A stretch of DNA of 64,000 nucleotides from Candidatus Zhuqueibacterota bacterium (GTDB lineage: Bacteria > Zhuqueibacterota > Zhuqueibacteria > Residuimicrobiales > Krinioviventaceae). Location: assembly GCA_016928775.1 (NCBI GenBank), contig JAFGKD010000078.1:45396-109395 (forward strand). The letters are read 5' to 3'. The translations under genes were made by a program, and so were the position numbers. This document shows positions 21,070 to 31,587 of this stretch, piece after piece. The notes below the pieces were generated by a model that saw only the letters and a list, made by a program, of their open reading frames with translations, was not told where the DNA came from and did no database searches. Each line of letters starts with the position of its first letter. The first letter of the stretch is position 1.

Positions 21070-22221
21070 TCACCGTAAAATCTTTTCGTACACCCGGTGC
21101 TTTTTATACCATTGCACGCCAATCGCGGACATATCGCCCATGCTCTTGACATTTTGCTCTTCGATTTGGACGACATCAGCGTGCTTGAAGCCAAACTCTT
21201 TGACGGTTCGTGCCATTTCGGTATAGAGGACGGCGTTGGCACCAAGACCACGGTGTCCTGGCAGAATACCGGTACCGTTAAAATTGATCCACTCTGTCTT
21301 TTTCAAATCTCGCGCGAGATGAGTCCAGCCTACGGGCCACATGCGTCCCCTGGTTTTGCGAAGGCCATCGGTGATATCCACAAACGCGAACAAAAAGCCA
21401 ATGATGTCTTCACCTTTCATCACCAGCTTGATCAAACGGGGATTGCCAATTGCCAGAAGCCGATGCGCCACAACATGCGCTTCTTCCAGACTCATCGGAC
21501 TGTAACCGAGGTTGTGCGAAAATGCGGCGTTATAAACCTGTTGAACAGGTTCGATCCAGTCGCGCAGCTCTTTTTTATTCCCGAATGACTTGATCCAAAA
21601 TCCCCGTTTTTGTTTCACATTGTCAGCGATGGAAAAAAATCGTTCCGGCAATTGATGATCGCCGCGCAAATAGCCCGAGTAAAAATCGGCTTTTTTTGAA
21701 AATCCGGCGGACTGCACAAGGTCATTATAATAGTCATAGTTATAGGCCTGTCCAAGCGCAGGCCGACGATCGTGGCCGTCCACTAATATTCCGATGCTGT
21801 CACCTTGAATGAATCCAAAGGGACCCAAAATGTTAGTCAAGGCGCGCTCTCTGGCCCACATCTCGGCCTGTTGAAACAACGCCATAGCGACGTCCTGCTC
21901 ATTCACCGTATCAAAAAAATAAAAAAAGGCGCATTTTTCATTGTGATACTCATTGTATTTACGCTTTTCGAGAAGTGCGATTCGACCCAATACTTTGCCA
22001 TTTTGGACTGCGAGATAAAAATCCGCATCAGAGTGTGCATAATAGGGATGCTTGTCGCGATCCATTACATTGCGCATATCCGAAATAAATGGCGGCACCC
22101 AGAAAGGCGACTTTATATAAAGCTCAAAAGAAAAAGCGATAAACTTTTTGACATCAGACGTGCTACGGGTATTGACCTTTTGGATGATCATGTCAGGCTC
22201 TTTGGTTTTTATTATTCTCAC
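21070..22221 (-). CDS. Tandem GNAT-fold N-acetyltransferase family protein (YghO-like)
   Basis: PFWVPP, GRIA, FFD, GPFGF, YN.DYY, N..F..N.G..P, K.HRVYEK. The start may be at 22191. Confidence 0.8.
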   Translation of the reverse strand: MRIIKTKEPDMIIQKVNTRSTSDVKKFIAFSFELYIKSPFWVPPFISDMRNVMDRDKHPYYAHSDADFYLAVQNGKVLGRIALLEKRKYNEYHNEKCAFFYFFDTVNEQDVAMALFQQAEMWARERALTNILGPFGFIQGDSIGILVDGHDRRPALGQAYNYDYYNDLVQSAGFSKKADFYSGYLRGDHQLPERFFSIADNVKQKRGFWIKSFGNKKELRDWIEPVQQVYNAAFSHNLGYSPMSLEEAHVVAHRLLAIGNPRLIKLVMKGEDIIGFLFAFVDITDGLRKTRGRMWPVGWTHLARDLKKTEWINFNGTGILPGHRGLGANAVLYTEMARTVKEFGFKHADVVQIEEQNVKSMGDMSAIGVQWYKKHRVYEKILR

Positions 22222-22239
22222 CGCATAAGATGAAATGGC

Positions 22240-23724
22240 TCACGGATGCATATTCAGTTTTTGCCAGGCCTGCATCGAGCGTTTTAGATTTTCATTCACA
22301 TCGCCACCAATACCATATCCCTGCAAACCAATCGGACCCGAATAATCGATATCGGCCAAAATTCGCACAACCTGCGCCACATCAAACTCACCGCCATCCA
22401 GCGGCTGAATGAGTTGTTGCCAATCGCCCTCTTGATCTGCGCCGTTGATGGTGACGACTTGCAGAAAAGGTGCCGCATTTGTCAAGGTCTCTTTGAGGTC
22501 GCTGTTGTCGGTTCGCAGCCAGTGGCACAAATTAAAAGTCACACCGACGTTGGCTCGATCCGTTTTACGAGCGATTCTCAGCGCATCGCCAATTTTTTCC
22601 ATGAGAAAAAATGAATGCGGATAAAGTGCGACGTCCAGTCCGGATGCAGCGGCGAGATCAGCGATCTTTTGCACAATCTTCACTGCAGCCGCATCACCTG
22701 CAGAATCCGAGGCAGTATAATCATGGCTGCGAATGGGCACCCACAGCACAACGTCCCGACCCTTGAGTTGCTCGATCGCCTTTTCCAGGCCTTCATTCGC
22801 CCATTGCTTTTCCCGGTCGGCCCAGACATCGAGATAAACAGCGAACAGGCGCAAGCCGTTCTGGTCCAAATGAAAAAGATGCTCCGCCACATCATCAACA
22901 CCGGTGTGATCCATACCATCATAGCCCAGTCTTTTTAGCATCTCCACCTGTTGCTGAAAAGTCTGATGACGCTCGTCCCTGGTGCCGGTATCCATGGCAA
23001 AAAAAGGATTCACATCCGCCGGTGCAACGCGGATTGTTCGATAGGCCACGGGACCATGATCTCCTTGCAACAAAAGCGGGCCAGTGGCTTGTTCGTCGTC
23101 ATAGAGGGAGGCACGCGTTGGGCCGGTGATTTCCACATTCTCATGGATGAGAAAACCATTATGATAAATTTTCTCAAAGCGAGCGTTGCTTATTTTGGTG
23201 CCCGACGCATCAAAACGCGGTGCTCGAAAGACCGCTTCAAACCACTGCCACTGTCCCGCCGGGCGCGCAGCATCTATTTGGGGAGAAATCCCTTCGAATC
23301 CTTTTGGCTCACGGTTTTCATCCCACCGTTGGTAGATGCCGCCGCACTCATTGCCGGGGTAGTGGGATTCTTTTTGATAGGAATCACGAATTTGAATTTC
23401 ATATCGCCCCATAAAATAGACACCCGAGTTGGAATTCTCCGGCACCATAAATTCGATGAACAACCGCATATCGCCCCACTTTTGTTTGGAGACAAGATGT
23501 CTTGTGCGACCGGTTGCGCCATTGACGAACACGCCGGTTCCGGGAGACGTTGTTAATAATTGAGGATCATCGGGATTCAAGTGAGTCTCACCGACCTCAA
23601 TCCAGTCACCCCGATTCTCTTGCCAGGCGGCAAAGTTATTATCTGACAAATCCGTTCGCAGTGATTGGGAAATCACACACATGCCCAGCAACAATACAGA
23701 AATGATTAAACTCATTCTTCTCAT
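22240..23724 (-). CDS. Secreted DUF1080 (3-keto-glycoside-processing) domain fused to a sugar-phosphate isomerase/AP-endonuclease-2 TIM barrel
   Basis: Signal peptide; NSGVYFMGRYEIQI, GPLLLQGDHGPVAYR (DUF1080); ALYPH, NVGVTFNLCHW, VTINGAD, YSGPIGLQGY (TIM barrel). Confidence 0.85.
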   Translation of the reverse strand: MRRMSLIISVLLLGMCVISQSLRTDLSDNNFAAWQENRGDWIEVGETHLNPDDPQLLTTSPGTGVFVNGATGRTRHLVSKQKWGDMRLFIEFMVPENSNSGVYFMGRYEIQIRDSYQKESHYPGNECGGIYQRWDENREPKGFEGISPQIDAARPAGQWQWFEAVFRAPRFDASGTKISNARFEKIYHNGFLIHENVEITGPTRASLYDDEQATGPLLLQGDHGPVAYRTIRVAPADVNPFFAMDTGTRDERHQTFQQQVEMLKRLGYDGMDHTGVDDVAEHLFHLDQNGLRLFAVYLDVWADREKQWANEGLEKAIEQLKGRDVVLWVPIRSHDYTASDSAGDAAAVKIVQKIADLAAASGLDVALYPHSFFLMEKIGDALRIARKTDRANVGVTFNLCHWLRTDNSDLKETLTNAAPFLQVVTINGADQEGDWQQLIQPLDGGEFDVAQVVRILADIDYSGPIGLQGYGIGGDVNENLKRSMQAWQKLNMHP

Positions 23725-23790
23725 CTTAGCCTCAGCTCATTTGCAAAGTTGTTGAATGTTAACAAATTTGAGATATAACATCAACTAATT

Positions 23791-24492
23791 TTAATCGTCC
23801 GATTCCACAACAAGCTTGAATCCTTTGCCGTGGATGTTTTCGATACGAACGCTTTGGTCGTGCTGCAAATATTTGCGAAGTTTGGAGAGATAGACATCCA
23901 TGCTTCGGGCCATGAAAAAGTTGTTTTCACCCCAGACCAGGTTCAGCGCGATCTGACGATCGAGAACCTGATTTAAATGCAAACAGAGCAGGCGCAACAG
24001 CTCTGATTCCTTGTGCGTCAGCTTTTGGCGGTTTGTCTCGAAAATAAGCATACTGTTTTTATAGTCAAAAATCGTGCTGCCTATGCGATATTGTTGCTGT
24101 TCCGATTTTATGAGGGATGGTTTTGTTCTTCTCAGAACCGCCTGAATACGCAAAACCAATTCTTCCATGCTAAACGGTTTGACGATATAATCATCACAAC
24201 CGACTTTAAAACCGGCGATGCGATCTTCTTTTAGCGATTTCGCCGTCACAAAAATAATGGGTATTCGTGGATTGAGTTGCCGAATGTCACGCGCCAGTGT
24301 TATACCATCCTTTTCAGGCAGCATGATATCAATCAAACACAGGTCAAAAACAGTGCCGGCGAACTCGGCATATCCGCTTTCGCCATTCCCGGCAAGCGTG
24401 ACCTCAAAGCCCTGTCGTTCCAAAGATTCCTGCGTGACAAAGCCGAGATTGGGATCATCCTCTACGAGCAATATACGGGACGCGGCCGGCAT
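23791..24492 (-). CDS. OmpR-family response regulator (RprY-like)
   Basis: LLVEDD, DIMLP, TAK, DDYIVKPF, RSMDVYLSKLRK, NIHGKGF. Confidence 0.95.
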   Translation of the reverse strand: MPAASRILLVEDDPNLGFVTQESLERQGFEVTLAGNGESGYAEFAGTVFDLCLIDIMLPEKDGITLARDIRQLNPRIPIIFVTAKSLKEDRIAGFKVGCDDYIVKPFSMEELVLRIQAVLRRTKPSLIKSEQQQYRIGSTIFDYKNSMLIFETNRQKLTHKESELLRLLCLHLNQVLDRQIALNLVWGENNFFMARSMDVYLSKLRKYLQHDQSVRIENIHGKGFKLVVESDD

Positions 24493-24494
24493 GA

Positions 24495-26198
24495 TCAGTT
24501 TTCAACCCCGTTTGTTTGAATCGGTAAGAAAATCGAGAATATCGAATATTTGTCCAGTTCGCTGTCCACTTTGACATAACCTCCATGAGCTTCAACAATG
24601 AATTTGACATAGCTGAGTCCCAGACCGAGACCTTTAACATTATGCACATTGCCGGTTGGCACCCGATAATATTTTTCGAACACACGTTTTTGCTCTTCGG
24701 GACGCAAACCGATACCGTTATCCTGGACGGATAATTGCATGTAGTGATCATTTTTGCGGGTGTATACGTGAATTTTACGATGACCTTTTGAATATTTTAT
24801 GGCATTATCGAGCAAATTGAACAGACAATTCATCATGTGGATTGAATCGATATTGACGGTGTTGATCTCTGCTGAATAGTCGGTTGTGATGATAACATTT
24901 TGTTTTTCAGCCGCAATTCTGAAATGATCAACCGTTTTATCAACCAGTCGGTGAATATCAACCGGTTCAATATTCAGCTCAAATTTACCTCGTTCGAGAT
25001 CGGCCATATCGAGTATCTTATCAACTTGCCGTTGCATTCGTGCCGATTCATCCCGGATGATGGAGCCATACTTGACCAGGCGCTGCTCGTTCAGGGCAGT
25101 CGCGGAGGCTTTAATGGATTCGCCGGCGATGGCGATGGTGGACAGGGGTGTCTTGAATTCATGCGTCATATTATTGATGAAATCCACCAAACGTTTGGCC
25201 AGGCTTTTTTGCATTCGGATGGATCGAATGACAATAACAAAGCTCGCAATGATCGCACTTAATAAAATACAGGTGATTCCCGCAAAAGCCAAAAGGGGAA
25301 TTAAAACGGCACGTTTCTGATCGGGAAAATATAAAATTAACTCATTGGATTCAACAAAAGCATCGTGCGGGAAGAGCAATGTTCGATGTGTCGAACCTCT
25401 GAATGGTTTGCGATCAACGTCCTGACTCACATAGATGAGTGAGTCATTTTGTAGCGCAACAATACCATAGACACAGCGAGCTTTTATCCCCGATTCCTGC
25501 AATGTCGTATGCACGATCGAATCGAGAACGGTGATACCAATTCGTTCTTCAAGGGGGATGGGTTCAAAGACCATGTATTGTTCGATCACTTTATCCAAAA
25601 GTGCACGGCGCGTTTGATCGAGTTCCGGATCGATGACCAACCGGCCAGGTGATGATTTGTCGAGGTAAAATGGATACGCAACTCCATCAATCATAAGATT
25701 AAAGTGAGTGACGGATTCATGAGTGAGATGGTCAATGGGAATCTCATGGATGCCCGCCTTTAGCCTGGCCTCGAAGGCCGTTTTCAGTTCGGTTTTCTTC
25801 TCATCCAGTTGTATGAGTTTGATGTGCCGAGTTGTGCGCAGGTGCAGGATAATTTTATTGCTGTCAATCTGCACATTGGACTTGAATTGTCGTGAATTCT
25901 TGAGGACAAATTTTTTACGATCGCTCGTCTCATCTTGCTCCATGATATGCATGGTTGTCGTATTATAGTCGCCTGTGCTGTCCACCTCAACGGACATGCG
26001 GATGATTCTTTTCAGCATGTCGCGGGTTTCCAGCTTTTGCACTATGCTGGAAAGCGCACTGTTCACATGTCGATCAAAGATCTCGACTCGATGCCGCAGA
26101 GCCTGCCCTAACAAAAGAATCTGAACGAGTATCAATCCAATGAAAGAAAAGCTCGCCAGGAAAAGAACAAGCCCTGATGTCTTTTTATCCCATTTCAT
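24495..26198 (-). CDS. Sensor histidine kinase (RprX-like)
   Basis: Two TMs; DFINNMTHEFKTP, NLLDNAIKY, DNGIG, GLGLGL. Start taken at MKWDKK. Confidence 0.93.
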   Translation of the reverse strand: MKWDKKTSGLVLFLASFSFIGLILVQILLLGQALRHRVEIFDRHVNSALSSIVQKLETRDMLKRIIRMSVEVDSTGDYNTTTMHIMEQDETSDRKKFVLKNSRQFKSNVQIDSNKIILHLRTTRHIKLIQLDEKKTELKTAFEARLKAGIHEIPIDHLTHESVTHFNLMIDGVAYPFYLDKSSPGRLVIDPELDQTRRALLDKVIEQYMVFEPIPLEERIGITVLDSIVHTTLQESGIKARCVYGIVALQNDSLIYVSQDVDRKPFRGSTHRTLLFPHDAFVESNELILYFPDQKRAVLIPLLAFAGITCILLSAIIASFVIVIRSIRMQKSLAKRLVDFINNMTHEFKTPLSTIAIAGESIKASATALNEQRLVKYGSIIRDESARMQRQVDKILDMADLERGKFELNIEPVDIHRLVDKTVDHFRIAAEKQNVIITTDYSAEINTVNIDSIHMMNCLFNLLDNAIKYSKGHRKIHVYTRKNDHYMQLSVQDNGIGLRPEEQKRVFEKYYRVPTGNVHNVKGLGLGLSYVKFIVEAHGGYVKVDSELDKYSIFSIFLPIQTNGVEN

Positions 26199-26238
26199 CG
26201 TCTGAATGTACGAAAGAACCGGCAAAAATATTTCACTT

Positions 26239-26264
26239 TTAACATTTTTTAACACTTTTTAAGA
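26239..26264 (+). promoter_or_regulatory. Triple direct repeat, candidate OmpR-family binding site
   Basis: TTAACA at 26239 and 26249 and TTAAGA at 26259 (10-bp period), between the divergent two-component system and the DUF5916 gene. Confidence 0.55.
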
Positions 26265-26355
26265 ATTATTGTGAAAACTAAAAAAGCAGCAGACGCGTAG
26301 CTTCACATCATAGCGTACAATTTTACCTGCCAAATAAAAACAAGAGGTCCCGCTC

Positions 26356-28767
26356 ATGCAACGTTTCAGGCATTATCTCGCTTTGTATGTACTCACAGGA
26401 ATTTTTACGCCGGTTTTTCTCATCGCCACACCACATTCGAATCCCGGCACCGCAGCGGCCAGAGAGCAAAATTTTCGACCAAATGAAAAAACCGCGGTTT
26501 TATTGCGACACTTTGCGAATCCGATTCTTGTTGATGGAGCAATTGAAGAAACCTGGTACGATCAAACGCCTTTTGACAACTTTACTGAATACCAACCCGT
26601 TGAAAATCGCCAGCCGATGGTTGAGACACGCGGATTCGTTGGTTATGATGAAAAGAATATCTATGTGGCGTTCATTTGTTCTGATCCGGACATGCGTCAA
26701 TTGCGCGCATCCTATGCCAATCGCGATCTTATTTTTCAGGATGACTGGGTGTGTGTGACCCTCGATCCCACAAGCTCGCATCAATCTGCCTATCAGGTTT
26801 ATGCCAATGCGCGCGGCATTCAGGGTGATCGGCTGTGGCAATTGAATGGTGATGAACAGGACTATAGCTATGATCTGGTATGGCACTGCGACGCACAGAT
26901 TCATGATAGCTGCTGGACGGTTGAAATGCAAATCCCGTTTGAGAGCCTGCGTTTTCCGGATCAGCAGCAGCAAACATGGTCCGTGCATCTGAGCAGGAAT
27001 TATCCACGCGATAACCAGTACAGGTTTTCCTGGATGCCGATCACTCAGAACAATAATTCATTTATGGGCCAGGCTGGCACGCTCGAATTTGAAATGCCAA
27101 AGCGAGAGAGCCAAACGGCTCTGGAATTTTTGCCATATGCGCTTGCTACATATCATCAAAATCTCGTCGAAAATCCAGCCGAAGTAAATTTTGGCACCTG
27201 GAAAACCGAGCAACCGGATACCAGGGCTGGTTTTGGCTTTAAATATGGCTTGTCGTCGGATATGATTGTCGATTTGACCTATAATCCGGATTTTAGTCAA
27301 ATTGAATCCGATGCCGGACAAATCAGCATCAATAATCCTTTTGCCCTGTTTTTCCCGGAACGGCGTCCGTTCTTTCAGGAGGGGAGCGACGTTTATGTCG
27401 TCGATCAATTCACCCAGGGCATTATGTTAGATCAATATGTCAATTTGTTCTATTCGAGAAGCATCAACAATCCATTAGTGGCCGGCAAATTGTCCGGCAA
27501 AGCCGGCAATATCGCGCTTGGCTATACAACTGCTATTGATCGTAACACCCCCTATATTATTCCGTTTGAAGAGAGCAGCGCGGTACTGGCCACAGATCGT
27601 CAATCCGTCAATAACATTGCGCGCGCCAACTATGATTTTGGCAATCAATCAACCCTCGGTTTCCTCGCAAGCGATCGTCGAGGACAGCCTGATGGCTCGA
27701 ACACGGTCGGCTCCATTGATGCGACGATTCGCTTGTCCGAAAAACTGATGCTCACCGGCATTGCGGCATTCACTCATACGCAAGAACCTGTGGATTCGCT
27801 GTTATCCCAACAGATCGGTAACAGAACATTCAACCTTGATAGCAAGACCTATACCGGGGCTTTTGATGGCGAATCTTTTAACGGATCTTTGTTGCGGGCA
27901 AAATTGGCACGGGCTTCCCGCCACTGGACCGCGGCATTTGCTTATCAGGACTTTTCTCCCGGCTTTCGCGCTGAAAACGGCTTTGTCATGACCACCGGCT
28001 ATCACAGCTACGAAGCCACCAGCGGATACGCCTTTCGTTGGGAGAATCATAAACTCTTCACAACCATTGAGCCGCGAGTCACTGCCTGGCGGCGCTACAA
28101 TTACGCTGGTTTGGTCAAAGATACCGGTGCCAGTCCGACAATGAGAATCGATTTCCACAACCAGATCACCTGGCTTATTGGCGGATTTTTATTCAATCAG
28201 GAAAATCTGCGCGGCAAACAATTCGGCCACGCGCGCCAATTATGGAATTTTGTCAACATCAATGCGACAAAATCGTTTTCCACGCAGTTTTATATCAGAG
28301 TGGGTAAAGAGATCAATCGTATGGGCAGTGAAGGCAATCCATATAATCCATTTGATATCGTCCCCAGCGTTCGGTTTAATTGCGCCATCACAGTCAAACC
28401 AACCGCACGAATAAACAACGAACTGCAATTTACTTCATTTAACTTGTGGCGCTCTTTTTTCGATCAACCGATCATGAACCAGAAAATTTTTCGCAATATC
28501 CTGTCTTATCAACTCAGCCGGAATTTGGGGTTGCGATACATTGTCGAATACAATATCGCGAATGTTGTCAATTCTGCGAATGGTACAATGCTCAATTTTC
28601 GCAATCTATCATGTGAGCCACTCGTCAGCTACAAACTCAATGCCTTTTCGGTATTTTATATTGGTGGATTCCTGGGAGCGAAAAACAATCACTATCTGGA
28701 CTGGCATGACGTCCGATTCAATGACCAATCCATTTATATGAAAATGCAATATTTAATCGGGAGATAG
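26356..28767 (+). CDS. CBM9-like + DUF5916 outer-membrane protein
   Basis: VDGAIEE.W, YDEKNIYVAF, WTVEMQIPFESLRF, DLTYNPDFSQIESD, FFPERRPFFQEG, LFYSR.I; ends YMKMQY. Confidence 0.88.
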   Translation: MQRFRHYLALYVLTGIFTPVFLIATPHSNPGTAAAREQNFRPNEKTAVLLRHFANPILVDGAIEETWYDQTPFDNFTEYQPVENRQPMVETRGFVGYDEKNIYVAFICSDPDMRQLRASYANRDLIFQDDWVCVTLDPTSSHQSAYQVYANARGIQGDRLWQLNGDEQDYSYDLVWHCDAQIHDSCWTVEMQIPFESLRFPDQQQQTWSVHLSRNYPRDNQYRFSWMPITQNNNSFMGQAGTLEFEMPKRESQTALEFLPYALATYHQNLVENPAEVNFGTWKTEQPDTRAGFGFKYGLSSDMIVDLTYNPDFSQIESDAGQISINNPFALFFPERRPFFQEGSDVYVVDQFTQGIMLDQYVNLFYSRSINNPLVAGKLSGKAGNIALGYTTAIDRNTPYIIPFEESSAVLATDRQSVNNIARANYDFGNQSTLGFLASDRRGQPDGSNTVGSIDATIRLSEKLMLTGIAAFTHTQEPVDSLLSQQIGNRTFNLDSKTYTGAFDGESFNGSLLRAKLARASRHWTAAFAYQDFSPGFRAENGFVMTTGYHSYEATSGYAFRWENHKLFTTIEPRVTAWRRYNYAGLVKDTGASPTMRIDFHNQITWLIGGFLFNQENLRGKQFGHARQLWNFVNINATKSFSTQFYIRVGKEINRMGSEGNPYNPFDIVPSVRFNCAITVKPTARINNELQFTSFNLWRSFFDQPIMNQKIFRNILSYQLSRNLGLRYIVEYNIANVVNSANGTMLNFRNLSCEPLVSYKLNAFSVFYIGGFLGAKNNHYLDWHDVRFNDQSIYMKMQYLIGR

Positions 28768-28789
28768 ACTGGCAGCAACTATTCTGCTC

Positions 28790-30163
28790 TCACAAGGACC
28801 ACGGACTCCGCAGCGAGCGTCGTGTCAAGCGGCTCGCCTCCGGATCATCGATAATCTCCTCGGCCTGGGGATCCCATTTGATCGGTCGCCCGACGCGTAT
28901 GGAAATATCGCACAAATGGCTGATAATATCCGATTGCACCGCTGTATTGATCGGGCTGATGCTCTTCATCCTGGTTCGCACGCATTCGACAAAATGCTCG
29001 TAATGGTTGTGACGTTCCAGCAAATGCTCTTCATGCGGCGCTAATTTGACCGCGAGCAAAGACACTGGATCAGCATAAATTCCCATACGATCGACGCTGA
29101 CCCAGCCTTTATCGCCGATGAACGTGGTGCCATGGTCATGCGGATCATAGTGATAATCAGCCACGACTTCGCGGCCGATCGCTTCATTCATGAACCGCAG
29201 CGTGACACCGTTTTCATAAGTGCAGTTAAAATCCCACCAGCGCACCGTCTCAAATAGTCCTTTATTTATTTCGCCTTTGCCCTCGTAATAAATCGGAGCG
29301 GTGTCATCGCTGTTATTGCCCCACTGCGCGATATCAAGCGGATGCGCGCCCCAGCCGGCAATGAATCCGAGACTGTTGTCGGCGTGATGATAGGTGCCGA
29401 AGCTGGTGCATCGATCCGCCGTGTAGGGTGTGACCGGCGCCGGGCCAAGCCACAAGTCATAGTCGAATCCCTCCGGCACCGGGATCGGTTCCTGCGATCC
29501 TAAAATCGGCGTTTGGAAACTTTGTTCCTGGCTGCTAATGTCGGCACACCAGGCGTGTATGGTGTGCAGTGCGCCGATATAGCCGTTGCGAACCAGCTCG
29601 CAGGCGAAGCGAAACTGCTGCCAGGAGCGCTGCTGCGTGCCGTACTGAAAAATGGCATTGGACTGGCGCACGGCCTCCCGCATGGCCTGATTCTCCCGAA
29701 TACTCACCCCAAGCGGCTTTTCGATATAGACATCCTTGCCCGCCTTAACCGCGGCGATGCCGATCGGCACATGCCAATGATCCGGCGTGGCAATGACGAC
29801 CGCATCGATATCGTCGCGCTCGAGCAATTCGCCAAAGTGATGGTAAGCTGCGCATGCTTTATAATTTGATCGCTGCCATTTATCAGCATAAAATGTCTCG
29901 ACCTCTGCAGCGCGCTCCTCCCGTTTATCGGCGAACGGATCGCACACAGCCACACTCTGCTGATTGTCCACTTGCAAAAAGCTGCGCAGCAAATCGCTGC
30001 CGCGACCGCCGACACCAATGTGACTCAGAGTAATGCGGTCGCTTGGCGCAAATGCTGAGCGGCCAAACGCGGAAGCCGGGAAAATCGTGGGCGCGACGAT
30101 GGCAGTCGCAGCCGCCCCGGTGAGCTTTTTAGCGAATTGACGACGGGTTTGCGAATGATTCAT
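28790..30163 (-). CDS. Tat-exported Gfo/Idh/MocA oxidoreductase
   Basis: TRRQF Tat motif; IGVGGRG, IATPDHWH, YIEKP, QYGTQQRS, DLWLGPAP, WGAH. Confidence 0.92.
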   Translation of the reverse strand: MNHSQTRRQFAKKLTGAAATAIVAPTIFPASAFGRSAFAPSDRITLSHIGVGGRGSDLLRSFLQVDNQQSVAVCDPFADKREERAAEVETFYADKWQRSNYKACAAYHHFGELLERDDIDAVVIATPDHWHVPIGIAAVKAGKDVYIEKPLGVSIRENQAMREAVRQSNAIFQYGTQQRSWQQFRFACELVRNGYIGALHTIHAWCADISSQEQSFQTPILGSQEPIPVPEGFDYDLWLGPAPVTPYTADRCTSFGTYHHADNSLGFIAGWGAHPLDIAQWGNNSDDTAPIYYEGKGEINKGLFETVRWWDFNCTYENGVTLRFMNEAIGREVVADYHYDPHDHGTTFIGDKGWVSVDRMGIYADPVSLLAVKLAPHEEHLLERHNHYEHFVECVRTRMKSISPINTAVQSDIISHLCDISIRVGRPIKWDPQAEEIIDDPEASRLTRRSLRSPWSL

Positions 30164-30181
30164 TTTGTTCTCCTCTCCTCC

Positions 30182-31360
30182 TTATTCATCGCCCCATAGC
30201 TGCGAATCGTTACCTTTGGCCTCGCGCCAGGCATTGCGCCATTGATGGATGTGCCAGACGCCGTTAAAGCCCTTCAAAGCTCGTTCTTCCTTGCCGGGAA
30301 TCGGTGAGAGCGGCGTGAGGGGTGGCTGCTGATACCAGTAAGCAACGCTGGCCACATCAAGCGTCAGACAGTTATTGTGTCCATGTTCAATGGTCACACG
30401 CAACGACGTGTCAAAATAAACGGGATCGGATATATGAAAACGATAGACGTGCGTCCGGCCCATCCAGCCGATGTCGTTGTTGACGCGGGCATAGCCGTAA
30501 TAGGGATGACTGAATAGCGTCTTCGGACACCAGGAGGTGTTGAAATAGTCTTCCGTGCCGGTGCCGTGCAAGGTTGGCTTTTCATCGCCATCGATAAATA
30601 TCATATCATCGCCCTCGCCGTACCACATCGGACCGGGCGAATGAACGTAATAATTTACCCCGACATAATGGCCTTTGCCCTTGACATCAAGAAAAAGATA
30701 GTTCTTTTCGCCAAATGGATTGGCACCCTGTTCGCCCAACGAATTCCACTCGTTCTCCCCCTCTTGAGGGGCTTCTGTGAGCTCGTGATTGTACCAGGCA
30801 CAAAATCGTCCAAGATTTTCGGGCAACTTTTTCATTTCCACATAATCAACGTAATAGTAAAAGGCTTCAATAGGACGGCCGGTCTGATTTTCGACCTCAA
30901 TTTTTGCGCCGTTGGCAAACGGCATCGCCCAATAGGACACCATACCGCGTCCATCCACTGGCCCGGCGGCCAAGGGCAGACTGGAAAAAGGATAGCTCTC
31001 GTTCCACCCCTGGCCAAAGAATGGACCAATCGGCGATTCTACGGAGGGGAATGTATTGCCATCCCAATACATCCGCAGGATGATATCATTGCGGTTCAAT
31101 TGTTCCGGCGGCGGCGCGATGGTGATCCAGATATGATTGATCAAACCGGCGCCCTGCACCTGGAAAAGCGTGCGAGATTGGCCATCCGGTATATTCTCGA
31201 AACGATCATTATTGCCGCCGCTGCGGTCAAAACTGGAGATACGTTTGCTTTTGATATCGTTTTGAATTTGTGCTAATGCCGCAAGATCGGTGTGATTGAT
31301 CTGTGCCAAAACTGATCCGGAGGCAAAAAGAACCAAAAGCAGAAAATTGCTAGACTTCAT
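30182..31360 (-). CDS. Glycoside hydrolase family 172 (DUF2961)
   Basis: SSFDRSGGNND, INHIWIT, LRMYWDG, WYGEGDDM, HGTGTEDYF, YRFHISDP, EHGHNN. Start taken at MKSSN (signal peptide). Confidence 0.9.
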   Translation of the reverse strand: MKSSNFLLLVLFASGSVLAQINHTDLAALAQIQNDIKSKRISSFDRSGGNNDRFENIPDGQSRTLFQVQGAGLINHIWITIAPPPEQLNRNDIILRMYWDGNTFPSVESPIGPFFGQGWNESYPFSSLPLAAGPVDGRGMVSYWAMPFANGAKIEVENQTGRPIEAFYYYVDYVEMKKLPENLGRFCAWYNHELTEAPQEGENEWNSLGEQGANPFGEKNYLFLDVKGKGHYVGVNYYVHSPGPMWYGEGDDMIFIDGDEKPTLHGTGTEDYFNTSWCPKTLFSHPYYGYARVNNDIGWMGRTHVYRFHISDPVYFDTSLRVTIEHGHNNCLTLDVASVAYWYQQPPLTPLSPIPGKEERALKGFNGVWHIHQWRNAWREAKGNDSQLWGDE

Positions 31361-31394
31361 AAACCTCTCCCAACTATTTTGTGATGATGATTTT

Positions 31395-31586
31395 TTAATC
31401 ATCTTCCTGCTTGGCGGTAATATGCGGGCGACCTTTTTCATCAACTTTGACAATCACGGTGATTGGTCGGCAACATACCTGACAATCTTCCACATACTCT
31501 TGTTGTCTTATTGTCGGGTCAACTTGGATGGCAAATTTTTGCCAACAGTACGGGCATTGAATGATGGCAGAATCGCGGAATTTCAT
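31395..31586 (-). CDS. CPXCG-motif cysteine-rich small protein
   Basis: CPYCW...YVEDCQVCCRPI. Start taken at MKFRD. Confidence 0.85.
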   Translation of the reverse strand: MKFRDSAIIQCPYCWQKFAIQVDPTIRQQEYVEDCQVCCRPITVIVKVDEKGRPHITAKQEDD

Positions 31587-31587
31587 A

